A DNA stretch of 64,000 nt from the human T2T-CHM13v2.0 reference genome, Homo sapiens, in NCBI RefSeq assembly GCF_009914755.1, contig NC_060926.1; one strand, given 5' to 3'. Positions within the stretch are counted from its first letter, which is position 1. Each line of letters begins with the position of its first letter. The notes under the pieces were generated by a model. It was not told where the DNA came from. It was given only the letters and a program-made list of their open reading frames with translations, and did no database searches. Both the position numbers and the translations under genes were made by a program. Of the stretch, positions 1 to 24,395 are shown piece after piece.

Positions 1-262
1 GAAGAAGATCAGAAGATGTGGGAAAGTTTGGAACTGCCTAGAGACTTGTTGAATGGCTTTGACCAAACTGCTGATAGTGACTTGGACAGTGAAGTCCAGG
101 CTGAGGAGGTCCGAGATGGAGATGAACAACTTGTTGGGAACTGAAGTAAAGGTCACTCTTGCTATGCTTTAGCAAAGAGACTGGTGGCATTTTGTCCTTG
201 CCCTAGAGATTTATGGAACTTTGAAATTGAGAGAGATGACTGAGGACATCTGGTAGAAGAAA
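1..262 (+). mobile_element. MaLR (THE1/MST) internal sequence, left part, interrupted by L1
   Basis: GGAAAGTTTGGAACT..AGAGACTTGTTGAATGGCTTTGACCAAA matches the recalled THE1/MST-int consensus; continues at 9066 after the L1. Confidence 0.85.
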
Positions 263-2782
<2,520 letters not shown>

Positions 2783-2934
2783 TTTTTTGTTTTTTGGATG
2801 AAAAAAGAACTGTTTAATTTTTTTGATGTTTTCAATGTTGATATTTTTTCCAAGAATTAGAGAAATATCTCTGGATGGTTATCTAAAATTTATAATTTTT
2901 TTACCGGTATGGTATGTAGGAGAGTGTCATAGTT
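2783..2934 (-). other. Poly(A) remnant plus about 140 bp non-L1 spacer (candidate 3' transduction)
   Basis: T-run at 2782-2795, then AT-rich sequence that does not resemble L1, ending at the next L1 3' end (TTATTATACTTTAAGTTCTAGGG). Confidence 0.6.
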
Positions 2935-9065
<6,131 letters not shown>

Positions 9066-9570
9066 AGGACATCTGGTAGAAGAAATTTGTAAGCAGCAAA
9101 GTGTTCAATTTATGACCTGAGTGCTCTTAAAAGTGTTCAGTTTTATGCACTCACAAAAATATGGTTTGGAATTAGAACTTATGTTTAAAAGGGAGCAGAG
9201 CATAAAAATTTGGAAGATTTGCAGCCTGATGATGTGATAGAAAAGAAAACCCATTTTCTGGGGAGAAATTCAAGCTGACTGCAGAAATTTGCAAAATTAA
9301 CAAGGAGCCAAATGTTAATTGAAAAGATAATGGGGAAATTGTCTCCAGGGCATGTCAGAGTTCTTCACGACAGCCCCTCCCATCACAGGGTTGGAGGCCT
9401 AGGAGGGAAAAAATGGTTTTGTGGGCCAGGCCCAGAACTTTGCTGCTCTGTGCAGTCTTGGGACTTGGTGCCGTGTGTCCCAGCCATGGCTAAAAGGAGC
9501 CAATGTACAGCTCAGGCTATTGCTTCAGAGTTCAATCCCCAAGCCTTGGCATCTTCCACATAGTGTTGGG
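9066..9570 (+). mobile_element. MaLR (THE1/MST) internal sequence, right part
   Basis: Resumes after the duplicated AGGACATCTGGTAGAAGAAA; contains GAAAAGAAAACCCATTTTCTGGGGAGAAATTCAAGC typical of THE1/MST-int. Confidence 0.85.
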
Positions 9571-9628
9571 TTGATATGCTAGTTGGCCATTTGTATTTTT
9601 TTTTAGAAAAAATGTCTATTCAAGTCTA

Positions 9629-9979
9629 TCTTAGTCCATTCCTGCTGCTATAACAAAATACCTTAGGCTGGTAATTTATAAAAAACAGAAATTTATTTCT
9701 TGCATTCTGGAATGTGAGAAGTCCAAGATTTAGGCTACAGCAGACTCAGTGACTGGTGAGGTCACTATATTCACTATACATAGCACCTTCTCTGTGTCCT
9801 CACGTGTTCAAAAGGCAAAACAAACTCCCTTAAGCCTCTTTTATAAAGGCCCTAGTCCCATTTCTGAGGGCTATGACTTCATGAACTTATCATCTCCAAA
9901 ATGCCCCACCTCTTAATATTATCACATTGAATATTAGTCTCCAGCATATGAATATTGGGAGAACATTTGGACCATAGCA
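9629..9979 (-). mobile_element. MaLR solo LTR (MLT1A/MSTD-like)
   Basis: TCTTAGTCCATT..GCTGCTATAACAAAATACCTTAG..AGAAATTTATTTC through ACCATAGCA. Confidence 0.75.
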
Positions 9980-10404
9980 AAGTCAACTGACCATTTCTCA
10001 TATAGGTTGTTTTGTTATTGAGTTGTTATTCTGCATATATTTTAGATATTAACCCCTTATCAGGTATGTGGTTTCCTGGGAGGTTTTTGATTCCTGATTC
10101 AGTTACTAGTTATAGGTTTATTAAGATTTTTTATTTTGTGACTTAGTCTTGGTAACTTGCATGTTACTAGGAATCTGTTCATTTCTCCTAGGTTATCCAA
10201 CTTGTCAGTATATAATCATTCATAGTAGACTCTTAGAATCCTTTTTATTTCTGTAATATCTGTTGCAGTGTCTTCTCTTTTGTTCCTAAAAGAAGTTGAG
10301 TCTTCTTTATTTTTTTTCTTAAATATTCTAGCTAATGATTTGTCAATTTTGTTGAACTTTAAAACAACTACTAGTTTCATTGGGTTTTTTCTATTCTCTA
10401 GCCT

Positions 10405-10713
10405 TTTATTTTATTTTATTTTATTTTATTTTGAGATGGAGTTTTGCTCTTATTGCCTAGGCTGTAGTGTAATGGCGTGATCTCCGCTCGCTGCAACCTC
10501 TGCCTCCCAGTTCAAGTGACTCTCCTGCCTCAGCCTCCAGAGTAGCTGGGATTACAGGCATGCACCACCATGCCCGGCTAATTTTGTATTTTTTAGTAGA
10601 GACAGATTTCTCCATGTTGCTGAGGCTGGTCTCAAACTCCCGACCTCAGGTGATCCACCTGCCTCGGCCTCCCAAAGTGCTGGGATTAGAGTCATGAGCC
10701 ACTGCAACTGACC
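10405..10713 (-). mobile_element. AluS
   Basis: (TTTTA)n tail followed by a reverse-complement Alu dimer. Confidence 0.95.
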
Positions 10714-10966
10714 TTCTGCTCTAGACTTTATTATTTCCTTCCTTTTGCTAACATTGGGTTGAGTTCTTCTTTTTCCAGTTTCTTGAGGTGTAAAGCTAAG
10801 TTGCTGATTTTAGATCTTTCTTCTTTTTTAAGGTAGGTAGTTAGATACATAAACTGTCCTCTTCACATTCATTTTGCTGTATCCCACAAGCTTTGGAATG
10901 TTGTGTTTCCATTTTTATTTCTCTCAAGACATTTTATAATTTTCCTTGTGACTTATTCTTTGACTA

Positions 10967-11656
10967 TGTATTAATCAGAGTTCTCCAGAGGGTCAGATCC
11001 AATAGGAGATATAGATATAGATATAGATATAGATATAGATAATAGATATAGATACATATACATGTATCTAAAAGAGAATATATTTATATATATATGAAAT
11101 ATAATTTATTAAGGAGAATTGGCTCACATAATTACAAAGGCAAAGTCCCACAATAGGCCATCTATAAGCTGGAAAATGAGAGAAGCCTACAGCATGGCTC
11201 CCAAGGAAGGCAGTGACATGGCTCAGTCCAAATCTGGAAGTCTCAAAACCAGGGAAGCTGACAGTGCAGCCACTAGTCTGAGGCCCAAGGCCTGAGAGCT
11301 CCCAAAAGGCTGCTGATGCAAGTCCCAGGGTCCTAAGACTCAGGCCAAAGAACCTAGAGTTTGATGTGCAAGGGCAAGAGGAGAAAAAGGCATACTGCTC
11401 TGGAAGAGAGAGAAAGTGCATAAAACAGAAATCTAAGCAAGCTGAATGTTTCCATTCTTCTGCCTTTTTGTTCTAGTCACACTTGCAACCAATTGCATGT
11501 TGCCTACCCACAATGAGGATGGATTTTTCTCTCTCAGTCCACTAACTCATCCATCATTCTCCTGTGGCAGCACCCTCACAGATATACCCACACACAGTGC
11601 TTCATCAGGCATCTAAGCATCCCTCAATCAAATTGACAATTAATATTAACCACACA
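10967..11656 (-). mobile_element. ERVL solo LTR, MLT2B-like, with (ATAGAT)n microsatellite at about 11008-11056
   Basis: TGTATTAATCAGAGTTCTCCAGAG start and CAATCAAATTGACA..ATATTAACCACACA end match MLT2 termini. Confidence 0.8.
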
Positions 11657-12784
11657 GGCCAATTGGTTAAGAGAGTATATTTTTGTAATTTCCACGTATT
11701 TATTACTTTTCCTTTTTCCTTCTGCTATGAATTTGTAATTTCATTTAATGTGGTCAGAAAAGATATTTGGTATGAGTTCAGTTTTCTTAATTTTTTAAAA
11801 ACTTGTTTGTGGACTAGCATGCCATCTATCCTGGAAAATCTTGGTATGTACTTGAGAAGAAAGCATATTTTGCCATTATTGGGTGAAGTGTTCTGTATAT
11901 GTCAGACAGGTCCAATTGGTCTACAATGTTGCTCAAGTTCTGTGTTTTCCAGTTGATCTGTCTGGTTATTGTATCCATAATTGAAAGTGGAATATTGAAG
12001 TTTTCTGTTATTATGATGTTGTTATCTATGTTACCCCTCAATTCTGTCTATGTTAGCTTCATATATTTAGATGCTGCACTGTTAGTTGCATATACATTTA
12101 TAATTGCTATATCTTCTTGGTCAATTGGCCCTTTTATTATTATGTAATATCCTTGTCTCTTGTGCTATTATTTGACTTAAACTCTATTTTGTCTAAGTAT
12201 GGCCATCCTTGTTCTCTTTTGGTTACCAAATGCATTGAATATCTTTTTCCATCCTTTCACTTTCAACCTTTGTGTGTGTTTAGATCTAACATAAGTCTCT
12301 TGCATATAGTATATGTTTAGATTTTTTTAATCCATTCGGGCAATTCTCTGTCTTTTGATTGGAAAATTAGCCTATTTGCATTTAAAGTAGTTACTGATAG
12401 AGAGGGGCTTACTATTGTCATTTTGTTCATTGTTTTATACATGTCTTGCAGGTATTTTTTTCCACTTTTCCTCTCTTTCTGCCTCCCTTTATGTTTCACT
12501 GATTTCTTTTTTTGGTAGGGATGTGCTTTGGTTCCTTTCTCATTTTTATTTGTGTATCTTCTGTAGGTCTTTTCTTTGTGGTTACTGTAGAATTACATGA
12601 AAACATCTTATAGTTATAATAATCTATTTTAAATTGACAACAACTTAAGTTTAATCACATACAAAAACTCTACTTATTTACACCTCCTTCTCACTTTGTT
12701 ATCAATGTCACAAAATATATATTTTATATTGTTTATTCACATAATTTAATACAGTAATATTATGCTTTTACCTTTTAAATTCTA

Positions 12785-13129
<345 letters not shown>

Positions 13130-13859
13130 TTAAAGGATTCTATGTTCACTCATATATTTACCTTTACCAAAGAAGTTTATATTTTATATGTTTTTGTATT
13201 TCTATCCAATGCCTTTTCATTTCCACTTGGAGGACTCCCTTTAACATTTTTTGTAAGGTAGGTCTAGTGGTGATCAACTCCCTCACCTTTTACTTCTCTG
13301 GGGAACTCTTTGTTTGTCCTTCACTTTTGAAGTAGAGTTTTACTGGCTATACAGTTCTTGGTTGACAGTTTTTTTTTTCTTTCAGCCCTTTTAATATACC
13401 ACCCCATTCTCTTCTGGCCTGTAGAGTTTTTGCTGAGAATTCCATTGATTACCATATGGCATCTCCCTTGTATGTGACAAGTTGCTTTGATCCTGTTCCT
13501 TTCAAAATTCTCTCTTTGTCTTTGACTTTTGACAGTTTGATTGTAATGTGTCTCATTGTAGGTCTTTTGCAAATTATCCAACTTGGAGTTCTTTGAGCCT
13601 CTTGGATTTGTATGTCCATTTCCTTCTTTAAGTTTGAGAAGTTTTTGGTCATTATTTTTTTAACTGGCTCTCTGCCGCTTTATTTTTCTCTTCTCCTTCT
13701 GGCACTTTCATAATGCATACATTGGTCTGCTTGATGGCATCCTGTAAGTCTCTTAGGCTGTCTTCACTCTTCACTCCTTTTCCCTTTTGCTCCTCTGACT
13801 CTATAATTTCAGATGACTAGTCTTCCGTTTCACTGATTCTTTCTTCTGCTTGATGTTAT

Positions 13860-14590
13860 TGAAACTGCCTTTGCAAAAATTATAACTGAAGAAATTATGA
13901 CAGCAAAAGACATCAGACTTAATCAACTCCATCTCGCTTCTAGCATTTAAACTGTCCTTGTTCATTCCTGGCAGTAGGATGAACTAATTTTGGGAAGGTA
14001 TTCAGTTCATGGTTTGACTCTGAAACAAAGTTGATAATAACCATTTCCCAAAAAGATCCCCTTCTTGCCTGGAACCAGTCTGCCTTTGCAGGATAAACAC
14101 ATTAGCTATAACATTAGAAATTACAGTTGAGGGGTTATGCAGCCTCTGGCTCCAAGAGTCTAAACCTCTCCAAATTGCTCCTGGGGATAACATCACTATT
14201 GTAAAACCTAAAATCAGTGCTTGAGATATTTTGCAGACCCTGCACTGGATGAATCAGCTGACACCACCCAGACTGGTAATATGGCTCAACTAGTTCTGCC
14301 ACCCCACCCACAAACAGAAGACAGCAAGAAAACATCACTTCAACCCCGTCTGATTTCATCTCCAACCTGATGAATAAGCAGTCCCCACTTCCCAAGCCCC
14401 TACCTGCCAAATTATCTTTAAAAGTTCTGATCCCCGAATGCTCAGGGAGACTGATTTGAGTAGTAATAAAATTCTGATCTCCCGCACAGCCAGCTCTGCC
14501 TGAATTACTCTTTCTCCATTGCAATTCCCCTGTCTTGATAAATCAGCTCTGTCTAAGCAGGACACGAGGTGAACCCATTGGGCAGTTACA
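13860..14590 (+). mobile_element. ERV1 solo LTR, LTR8/LTR8A-like
   Basis: Starts TGAAACTGCCTTTGCAAAAATTAT, ends GGGCAGTTACA; AATAAA at about 14465. Confidence 0.8.
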
Positions 14591-15599
14591 CAGTCTATTG
14601 GTGATTTCCGATAGTGAATTTTTCAATTGAGCTATTGTATTCCTTAGCTCCAGATTTTCTGTATGATTCCTTTTTTTTTTTTTAGTTTCTATCTCTGTTA
14701 ATATTTTCATTTTGTTCATGAATTATTTCCTGCTTTCACTTAGTTGTCTATTTCTGTTGTCACTGGGCTTCATTAAGAGAGTTAATTTGGATTCTTTGTC
14801 AGGTAACTGATTTATCTATTTCTTTAGGGTTGGTTTCTGGAGATTTATTTTGCTCCTTTAATTTAGTCATCAGATTTCTCTGTTTCTTCTTATGTCTTGT
14901 TATTTTTTATTTTTTATTTATTTTTGCCAAGATTTGGGCGTTTGAAAAAACTGCCACTTCTCCCAGTTTTTATCAGCTGGCTTCATACGGAAGAACTTCA
15001 TACCTGAATCAGCATGGCTATAGGTTCCAGCAGCCTCTCAAACTTTTTCTGGGAATGCATCTTCTTTGGGTTTATACATTGCAATATCCCAAGTAGAGGT
15101 TTGCCAGTTTCTTTTTCTGGAGCTGTTGCTCCCTCTGGTATCTGTCTGTGGTACTGCAGGTTCCCTGGTGCTGCATCATCTCTGACCTCTCCTTTATTCC
15201 CAGTGGCTCCCATGCATCCAAGGTATGCCAGTTGGGCGTCAAGTTAGAGAGAGAGAGAGAGCTTCAGGTAACCTCATAAAACTATTCCGTTCCAGTCTTC
15301 TCTTTCCCTGCTAACGGAGAAGCTGCAAGTTGAGTGCTTCCCAGCCAAACCAACCTGTTCGAGCTTGGGGAAGGGGTATCATGAGTATAATGCAACAGCT
15401 TTTCTTATTTGTTCAATGCCACTATTCTTGGCTTTGCACTTGTCTGTGCTACTACAACTTCTTAATGGTTTATGGAACTCCATAAAGGCTTTTAGACCAT
15501 ATATTGTTTTTCAGTTGCTATCTTTATGGAGAATCAAGGTTTGGAGTCATTCCACCACCTGGCTGACATCACTCTGTTTATATTATTTTTTACTTTTAT

Positions 15600-15871
15600 T
15601 ATACTTTATTTTCTTGAGACAGGATCTTGCTCTGTCAGCCAGGCTAGAGTGCAGCCTCGAACTCCTGAGCTCAAGGGACCTCCTCCCTCAGGCTACTGAG
15701 TACTTGGACTATAGGCACACACCACATACCGGGCTAATTTCTTATTTTCTTGTGAAGATGGGGTTTCACTATGTTGCCCAAGTTGGTATCAACTCTTGTG
15801 CTCAAGCAATCCTTCTGCCTTGGCCTCCCAAAGTGCTAGGATTAAAGGTGTGAGCCCACCATGCGCTGCCT
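15600..15871 (-). mobile_element. AluJ
   Basis: Diverged reverse Alu dimer. Confidence 0.88.
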
Positions 15872-16145
15872 GTTATATTTAGTAGAAAATATATCTAAAA
15901 ATATACTTACGTACTCTATTGAATCCACTACCCAGAGCTTAACTGAACTATTTTTGTGACTCATTCTGTTTTTTTTATTTTTTGCTTTTTACTTATTACA
16001 ATGAACTACAAGTATGGATATATTAATATTAATTAATATAAAATATACTGGAATCTTTTGTATTTTTTTTCCTTTTTTCTTCACCAAAAGCAGAAACTTA
16101 AACATACTGAAATCTTAAATGACCATTGAATGTTTCTAGGACTGA

Positions 16146-16617
<472 letters not shown>

Positions 16618-18321
16618 TACCTCACTCTGTCTTTTAAATTGGCTATGTAAGGGGAGCATCTTGTGCTTGTTAAGTCTTTGTTTTCTGGCCTATTTATATA
16701 ATGGACATTTCTGAGTTGTGTGTATATATTAAATTATTTGAGAGTATATATTTAATGTACTAAATAGAGCTAAGTGTTTTCATACATGTCACTATAAAAG
16801 GACTATTTGCATATATTTGTTCTATAAAATGCTTACTTTTCTTCATGAACCACCTAGATTTGCTTTTCTGATGTGTAGTGTATGTGAAAATATTTCTTTG
16901 TGTTTTTTTTTTATTGTGTGCCCCTACAGGTGGTATGCTTAATAACGCCATAGCCTCTATAGGGAACGTATGTATTAGTCTGCTGGCAGTAATTGTTTTG
17001 GGACTTTTTGTTCGATATTTTCCAAGTGAAGACCAGGTAAATACAAAATCTATTTTATAGAAGTATAGTATTAGACATTTTTTTCAAAATATTAAACTTT
17101 GGTAAGATCCATGAAATTTAGTACTTAACTCTATTTTTCTAAAACTAGCCTCCAATGCCTACTCTGTATTTAAAACTGAGCACAGCAGTGATTGATACAG
17201 GTCAATGGCTTTGATTAAAGTCTCTGCTTCCTGATTTGGCAAATAAGGAATGTCAAAAAATATACTTAATGCAGAGTATCCCTCTGAATTATACTTTCCC
17301 TTTCTCTACTAAATTGTCTATTGATGTTTGATAATTTCCCCCAAATTTTCCCTTAAACATTTTAGGGGGAGATAGGTTCCCATTTATTTCTGCATATTTT
17401 CTGACTGAAATTCACTCCTGCTATCCTTTGACAAAGGCAACACTCAAACTTAGCCATTTCCTGCCTTAAAGGAAAACATGCCATTACTTTTGTATTTCTG
17501 TAATTTCCATCCAAATTTAGCTGTAACATATTGACCAAAGAGATATTCAAATATTTTTTAAGAATTCACTGGATATGTTATATGAAATTGGAGATTTTAT
17601 GGGTCTCTTTTCTTCTTCACTTAAAGTAACACTTTAACCATTTTACTGATACTAGTATCAGAGATGTGGCAGAAGATGAAACGTTACTAATTGGAAATTT
17701 TGTTACTTGGTAGTAAGTCTGCTAAAATGTATGGTGAGAAAGAAAATCAAAATTTTAGACATTTAATATAACATTTAAAGACATAATATCAAAGGGTCAA
17801 ACATATATAATAGATAATGTCAAATCTTGTATTATATATTTAATATAAACTAATTTCTAAATATCTATCTAATTCTAGAAAAAACTTACATTGAAGAGAG
17901 GATTCCTTGTTTTGACTACGTGTGTTTCTGCTGTCTTAGGCAGCCAACATATTGGTTTACATGGATCTGGAGGATTATGCACACTAGTGTTGAGTTTCAT
18001 TGCAGGGACAAAATGGTCCCAAGAAAAGGTGAATATTTTTAATATGCTATATTTTAAAAGCTAAGACAACTGAATTTTTTACATATATTTAGGAAATCCC
18101 CTCATTCTGGTTGGAAAATATTCCAAAAGGTTTGCTATCCTCAAGAAAGTGTATGAATCAATCGAGGAAATAAAATATTTAGGAAAAGCAGCTGGAAATA
18201 TACTAATATGGAATCAGAAGTTGAGTTAATCACATCAGGCTTCTCTTTTTCCCAAGTTTTATATAATATTATTATATTACTTATATCAATCTAATTATTG
18301 TATTCATTGAAATTTTAATTA

Positions 18322-18683
<362 letters not shown>

Positions 18684-18847
18684 AGAAATGCTTGTAAAAG
18701 AAAGATTTCTTTATTCCCCACCACTGTCAAATATCTAACCCCCTTACATTTTTTTAAGTAACCAGTATTCTATTTATAGACATTAAGATCGTTTCCACTT
18801 TTAGTTATTTACAAACAGTGCTGTCATAAACAGTGTTGTTCATGTCT

Positions 18848-19310
<463 letters not shown>

Positions 19311-19957
19311 TGATGGACACTGCTAAATTATCCCTTCAAAAATTTTGGTTATTTACACTCTGCCAACAGTGCACAAAAATATCTAATACTTTAACTCATC
19401 AACAGCACTTGATATTATCACTAGTTCTATTCTTTTTACTATTAAATGACCTCACCATCCAATTCTTATAGTTTCTTACAATTATGTGATGTTGTTATTC
19501 TTTATTTACATTTCTCTGATTAGTAGTATAGTAAGCTTCTCTTCATATATTCTTTTTAAAATACCTATGATCTTCTTTGACCATTTTTATTGGGTTATTT
19601 ATTTTTTTGTTTCTAATTTATAGTTTCTCTTAGTGTTAGGGCTACTGATCCTTTGTTATGTATATATTGCATATAATTTTTGCTTATCTTCAACTTTGTT
19701 TATGGTTTCTGGTGTAGGAAAGTAAAATTTCCTATGACCAAACCTATTGGGTTTTCCTGTTTTGGTTTTGGATTCTGCATCTCATTTAAGAAGGACTTTC
19801 TCACTGAAGATTATAACATATAAACATTACAAAGATATACTATTTTGTGTATTATCATTTAATATTTTGGTAGTTTTTGTTTGTTTAATTTGTTTTTTTA
19901 TTTAGTCTTTTAATCTATCTGGAATTTATCTTTGTGAATGCTGTGAGGTAAGGTAAT

Positions 19958-20165
19958 AATATATACATATGTGTATCTTACAAACTATATATATATATGT
20001 ACACACACACATACAGTTTGTAAGTTAACTGAACAGAGATAGAACTACATCATGCCTGATGTGTGTGTGTGTATATATATATATATACACACATAAATAT
20101 AAATGCATATTCAGACACACATATATACTTGCATGTGATGAATATGTACATACAGATATATGCAC
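19958..20165. repeat. Compound (TA)n/(CA)n/(TG)n microsatellite region
   Basis: Visible dinucleotide runs. Confidence 0.85.
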
Positions 20166-21446
20166 ATAAACTAGACAGTCATTTTTTGCCAAATTGTTTA
20201 TTTATTGACCAATTCATTAATAATTCAGTTTTTTAACATGAACTAAATTCTCCCATATATATTAATTCTGAAGTCTATTTAATCCTACTTCTCTATTTCT
20301 ATGCCAACACTACTGTTTTAAATCACTGCAGTTTTATGTGTCAAAATCTAATATAGATTATACTTCTTTTTAAAGTATTTTTGGCTGTTCCTACACATAT
20401 TCTTTCTTAGATAAATTTTAGAATCAGCTTGAGAAGTTCCCTAATCAAAAATCATAGTGGCATTTTGCTTAGTATTCTTATATAATCATAATTATAAAAG
20501 AAATGAAATGAATGAAATGCAAATCAATAAATAAAATTAAAACTGCTAGAATTTTTTTAAATGGTAAAAGAAACAGAACTAAAACAAGTTTTAAAGATTA
20601 AAAGTAACAAATAGGATAATTATACTGTAAAGAGTAGTAACATCGTTTTTCTTTGTTTTTCTTTTTTTAAACTATAATAAGTGGGGATCAGAAAACACAG
20701 TCATAAGGGAAATAGTTATGAAGATAGTTTATGCCTCAAGGAAGAGACATCAAAGTTCTTATGTATCTTCTGTTTAAAAAAAAAAATTAAACCCAGACTG
20801 AGACTGAAATCTCTTCATCCAAATTCCTGGAGAAGAGCCAGAGTAATGTAGGCCAATAGGGGACTTTCCTGTAATCTTTTAATTGGGGAAGTAGCACTGG
20901 GAGGCATTCATTTCCAGAAAGGGAAGCTGGGTAGGCAGCTAAATGAGAATCTAATATATGTTTTGGTTTTGTTTTAAGGAAAAAGTAACTTTAAAGTATT
21001 CAACATGGGTTTTTTGGAAGCAGGCCTAGCAGACTTCCAAATTGTTTTTCCTAGTAGTATACACTATATATATCAGGATTCACTTTAATGGGATTGAGTT
21101 CCAGGATGGTTGTTAGTGGAAGGCTTCCCAACCCCCTTCTGAGAACCCAAATGTTTGCATGAACTGGGTATGTTCTCATCAGGCATGATGTAGTTCTATC
21201 TCTGTTCAGTTAACTTAGAGACAAAATCTGGAACTCATATGAAACATGGCTAGAACCCTAAGGACATCACTTATTCTGTGACAAAATGGCCAAATAGTAT
21301 TATTTTATTGCTTTGTGAGTTTCTTTTAATCAAATTCTACCTAAGTGTTTGAGTAAAACTATTGAAGTGTTCAGTTTTTATTAATTAAGTTTAACATTTT
21401 TATTAAAATAAAGTATCTTAAATTTATTAACTGTTAAGTGACTTTA

Positions 21447-21747
21447 GGTCAGGCATGGTGGCTCTTTCTATAATGCCAGTGCTTTGAGAGGCCACAGCCA
21501 GAGACCACTTGAAGACAGGAGTTCTAGACCATCCTGGGCAATATAGCGAGACCCCATCTCTATAAACAATTTAAAAATTAGCCCAGCATGGTGGTACACA
21601 CCTGTAGTTCTACTTGGGAGACTGCGAGAGGATTACTTGAGCCCAGGAGTTCAAGGCTACAGTGAGCTAAGATTATGCCACTACACTCCAGCCTGGGCAA
21701 CAGAGCAAGACCGCATCTCTAAAATACTTAAAAAGTGAAAAAAAAAA
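21447..21747 (+). mobile_element. AluJ
   Basis: Diverged Alu dimer with an A tail. Confidence 0.9.
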
Positions 21748-22236
21748 GGTGAGGGAGACTTTAACTTTCTGAAATTTATTTATGTGCCAAAATAATTATA
21801 AATGTATTTCTCTTTTCTATAGATGAAAGTCCGAAAGATTATTACAAATGTATGGGATATTTTTCAACCACTTCTTTTTGGTTTAGTTGGAGCAGAAGTA
21901 TCTGTTTCACTGCTTGAATCAAATATTGTTGGTAAGAATAATTAGAGCACAAAAAATATGAAATTCAAAAATATTTAAGAAAATTATAAATACATTTATT
22001 TTTATTTACAATATATCTTTGAATGGCTACAAGGACCTTCTTCAGAAACACATGTTGATACACTGTCATATTTTCCTATTGCTCTTCCTTTACACTGTGT
22101 GCTCTTTTTTTTTAAACCAAGGACAGCCCTGAATATCTTCCCTGAGTTTTCTAAGGAAATAAATATAAGATTTCTTTCCTGAGGGAACATATTTGATATG
22201 ATCAGCACTTTTTGAGTACTTTCATTTAAAACTATT

Positions 22237-22552
<316 letters not shown>

Positions 22553-23106
22553 TCAAAAAAAGTCTATTAGTTCAGAATTGTATAAATGTCATCTGTCTTA
22601 TTTTTCATGGTACCTCCACCGTCAGATACTGTCTTGCATTTTACAGAGAATCCTCCATCATATTCATTTTTATTATCATTGTTTTATGTAAAAATTAAAC
22701 ACATGAAGAGACAATAGCCTTAAAATGCTTTTAAAAGTTTTAGAAATCATATTCCTGGGCATAAAGAACACTTCTTCACAAATATTTTGTTATTTATGTT
22801 TGTTTTCATCTGTTGTAGGCATATCTGTTGCCACTCTGAGTTTGGCATTATGTGTTCGAATTTTAACCACATATCTATTGATGTGCTTTGCTGGTTTTAG
22901 TTTTAAGGAGAAAATATTTATTGCTTTAGCATGGATGCCCAAATATGTACAGGTAAGAACATATTAAGCCTATTGCTTAATGCTTTCGTTTTGATGCTTT
23001 TAAAATTTAAAATGAAAAATGTTACTCCAATCACAAAATATGAGCTATTATCCTTACTTTTTAAATGTTTGATTGATCATAACTATTCATTAAAATTAAC
23101 GTAACC

Positions 23107-23895
<789 letters not shown>

Positions 23896-24098
23896 AACGT
23901 AACCTTTTGAAATCTCAGTTTTAAAAGCAATTATTTTGAAATCAAAAAGTATTCTTTCAATAAGTACTTCCTAAGTTTATGAAAATATGTTTTTTATTTT
24001 CCTAAAATATATAATAAGAATATATCTGAAAATTGGAGTTTTTATATTTTGCTGAATATAACAAAGCTAAATGTTACAATTTTAAAAAGTAGAGACAC

Positions 24099-24395
24099 AG
24101 GCCAGGCATTGTGGCTCATGCCTGTAATCCTAGCACTTCAGGAGGCTGAGGCAGGCAGATCACTTGAGCTCAGGAGTTCAAGACCAGCCTGGGCAACATG
24201 GTAATACCCCCGTCTCTACAAAAAATACAAAAAAATTAGTCAGATGTGGTGACACGCACCTGTAGTCACATCTACTGGGGGGCTGAGGGAGGAGGATTGC
24301 TTGAACTTGGGAGGTTGAGGCTGCAGTGAGCTGAGGTCACGCCACATCACTCCAGCTTGGGTGACAAAGTGAGACCCTGTCACAAAAAAAAGTAA
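24099..24395 (+). mobile_element. AluJ/S
   Basis: Alu dimer. Confidence 0.92.
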
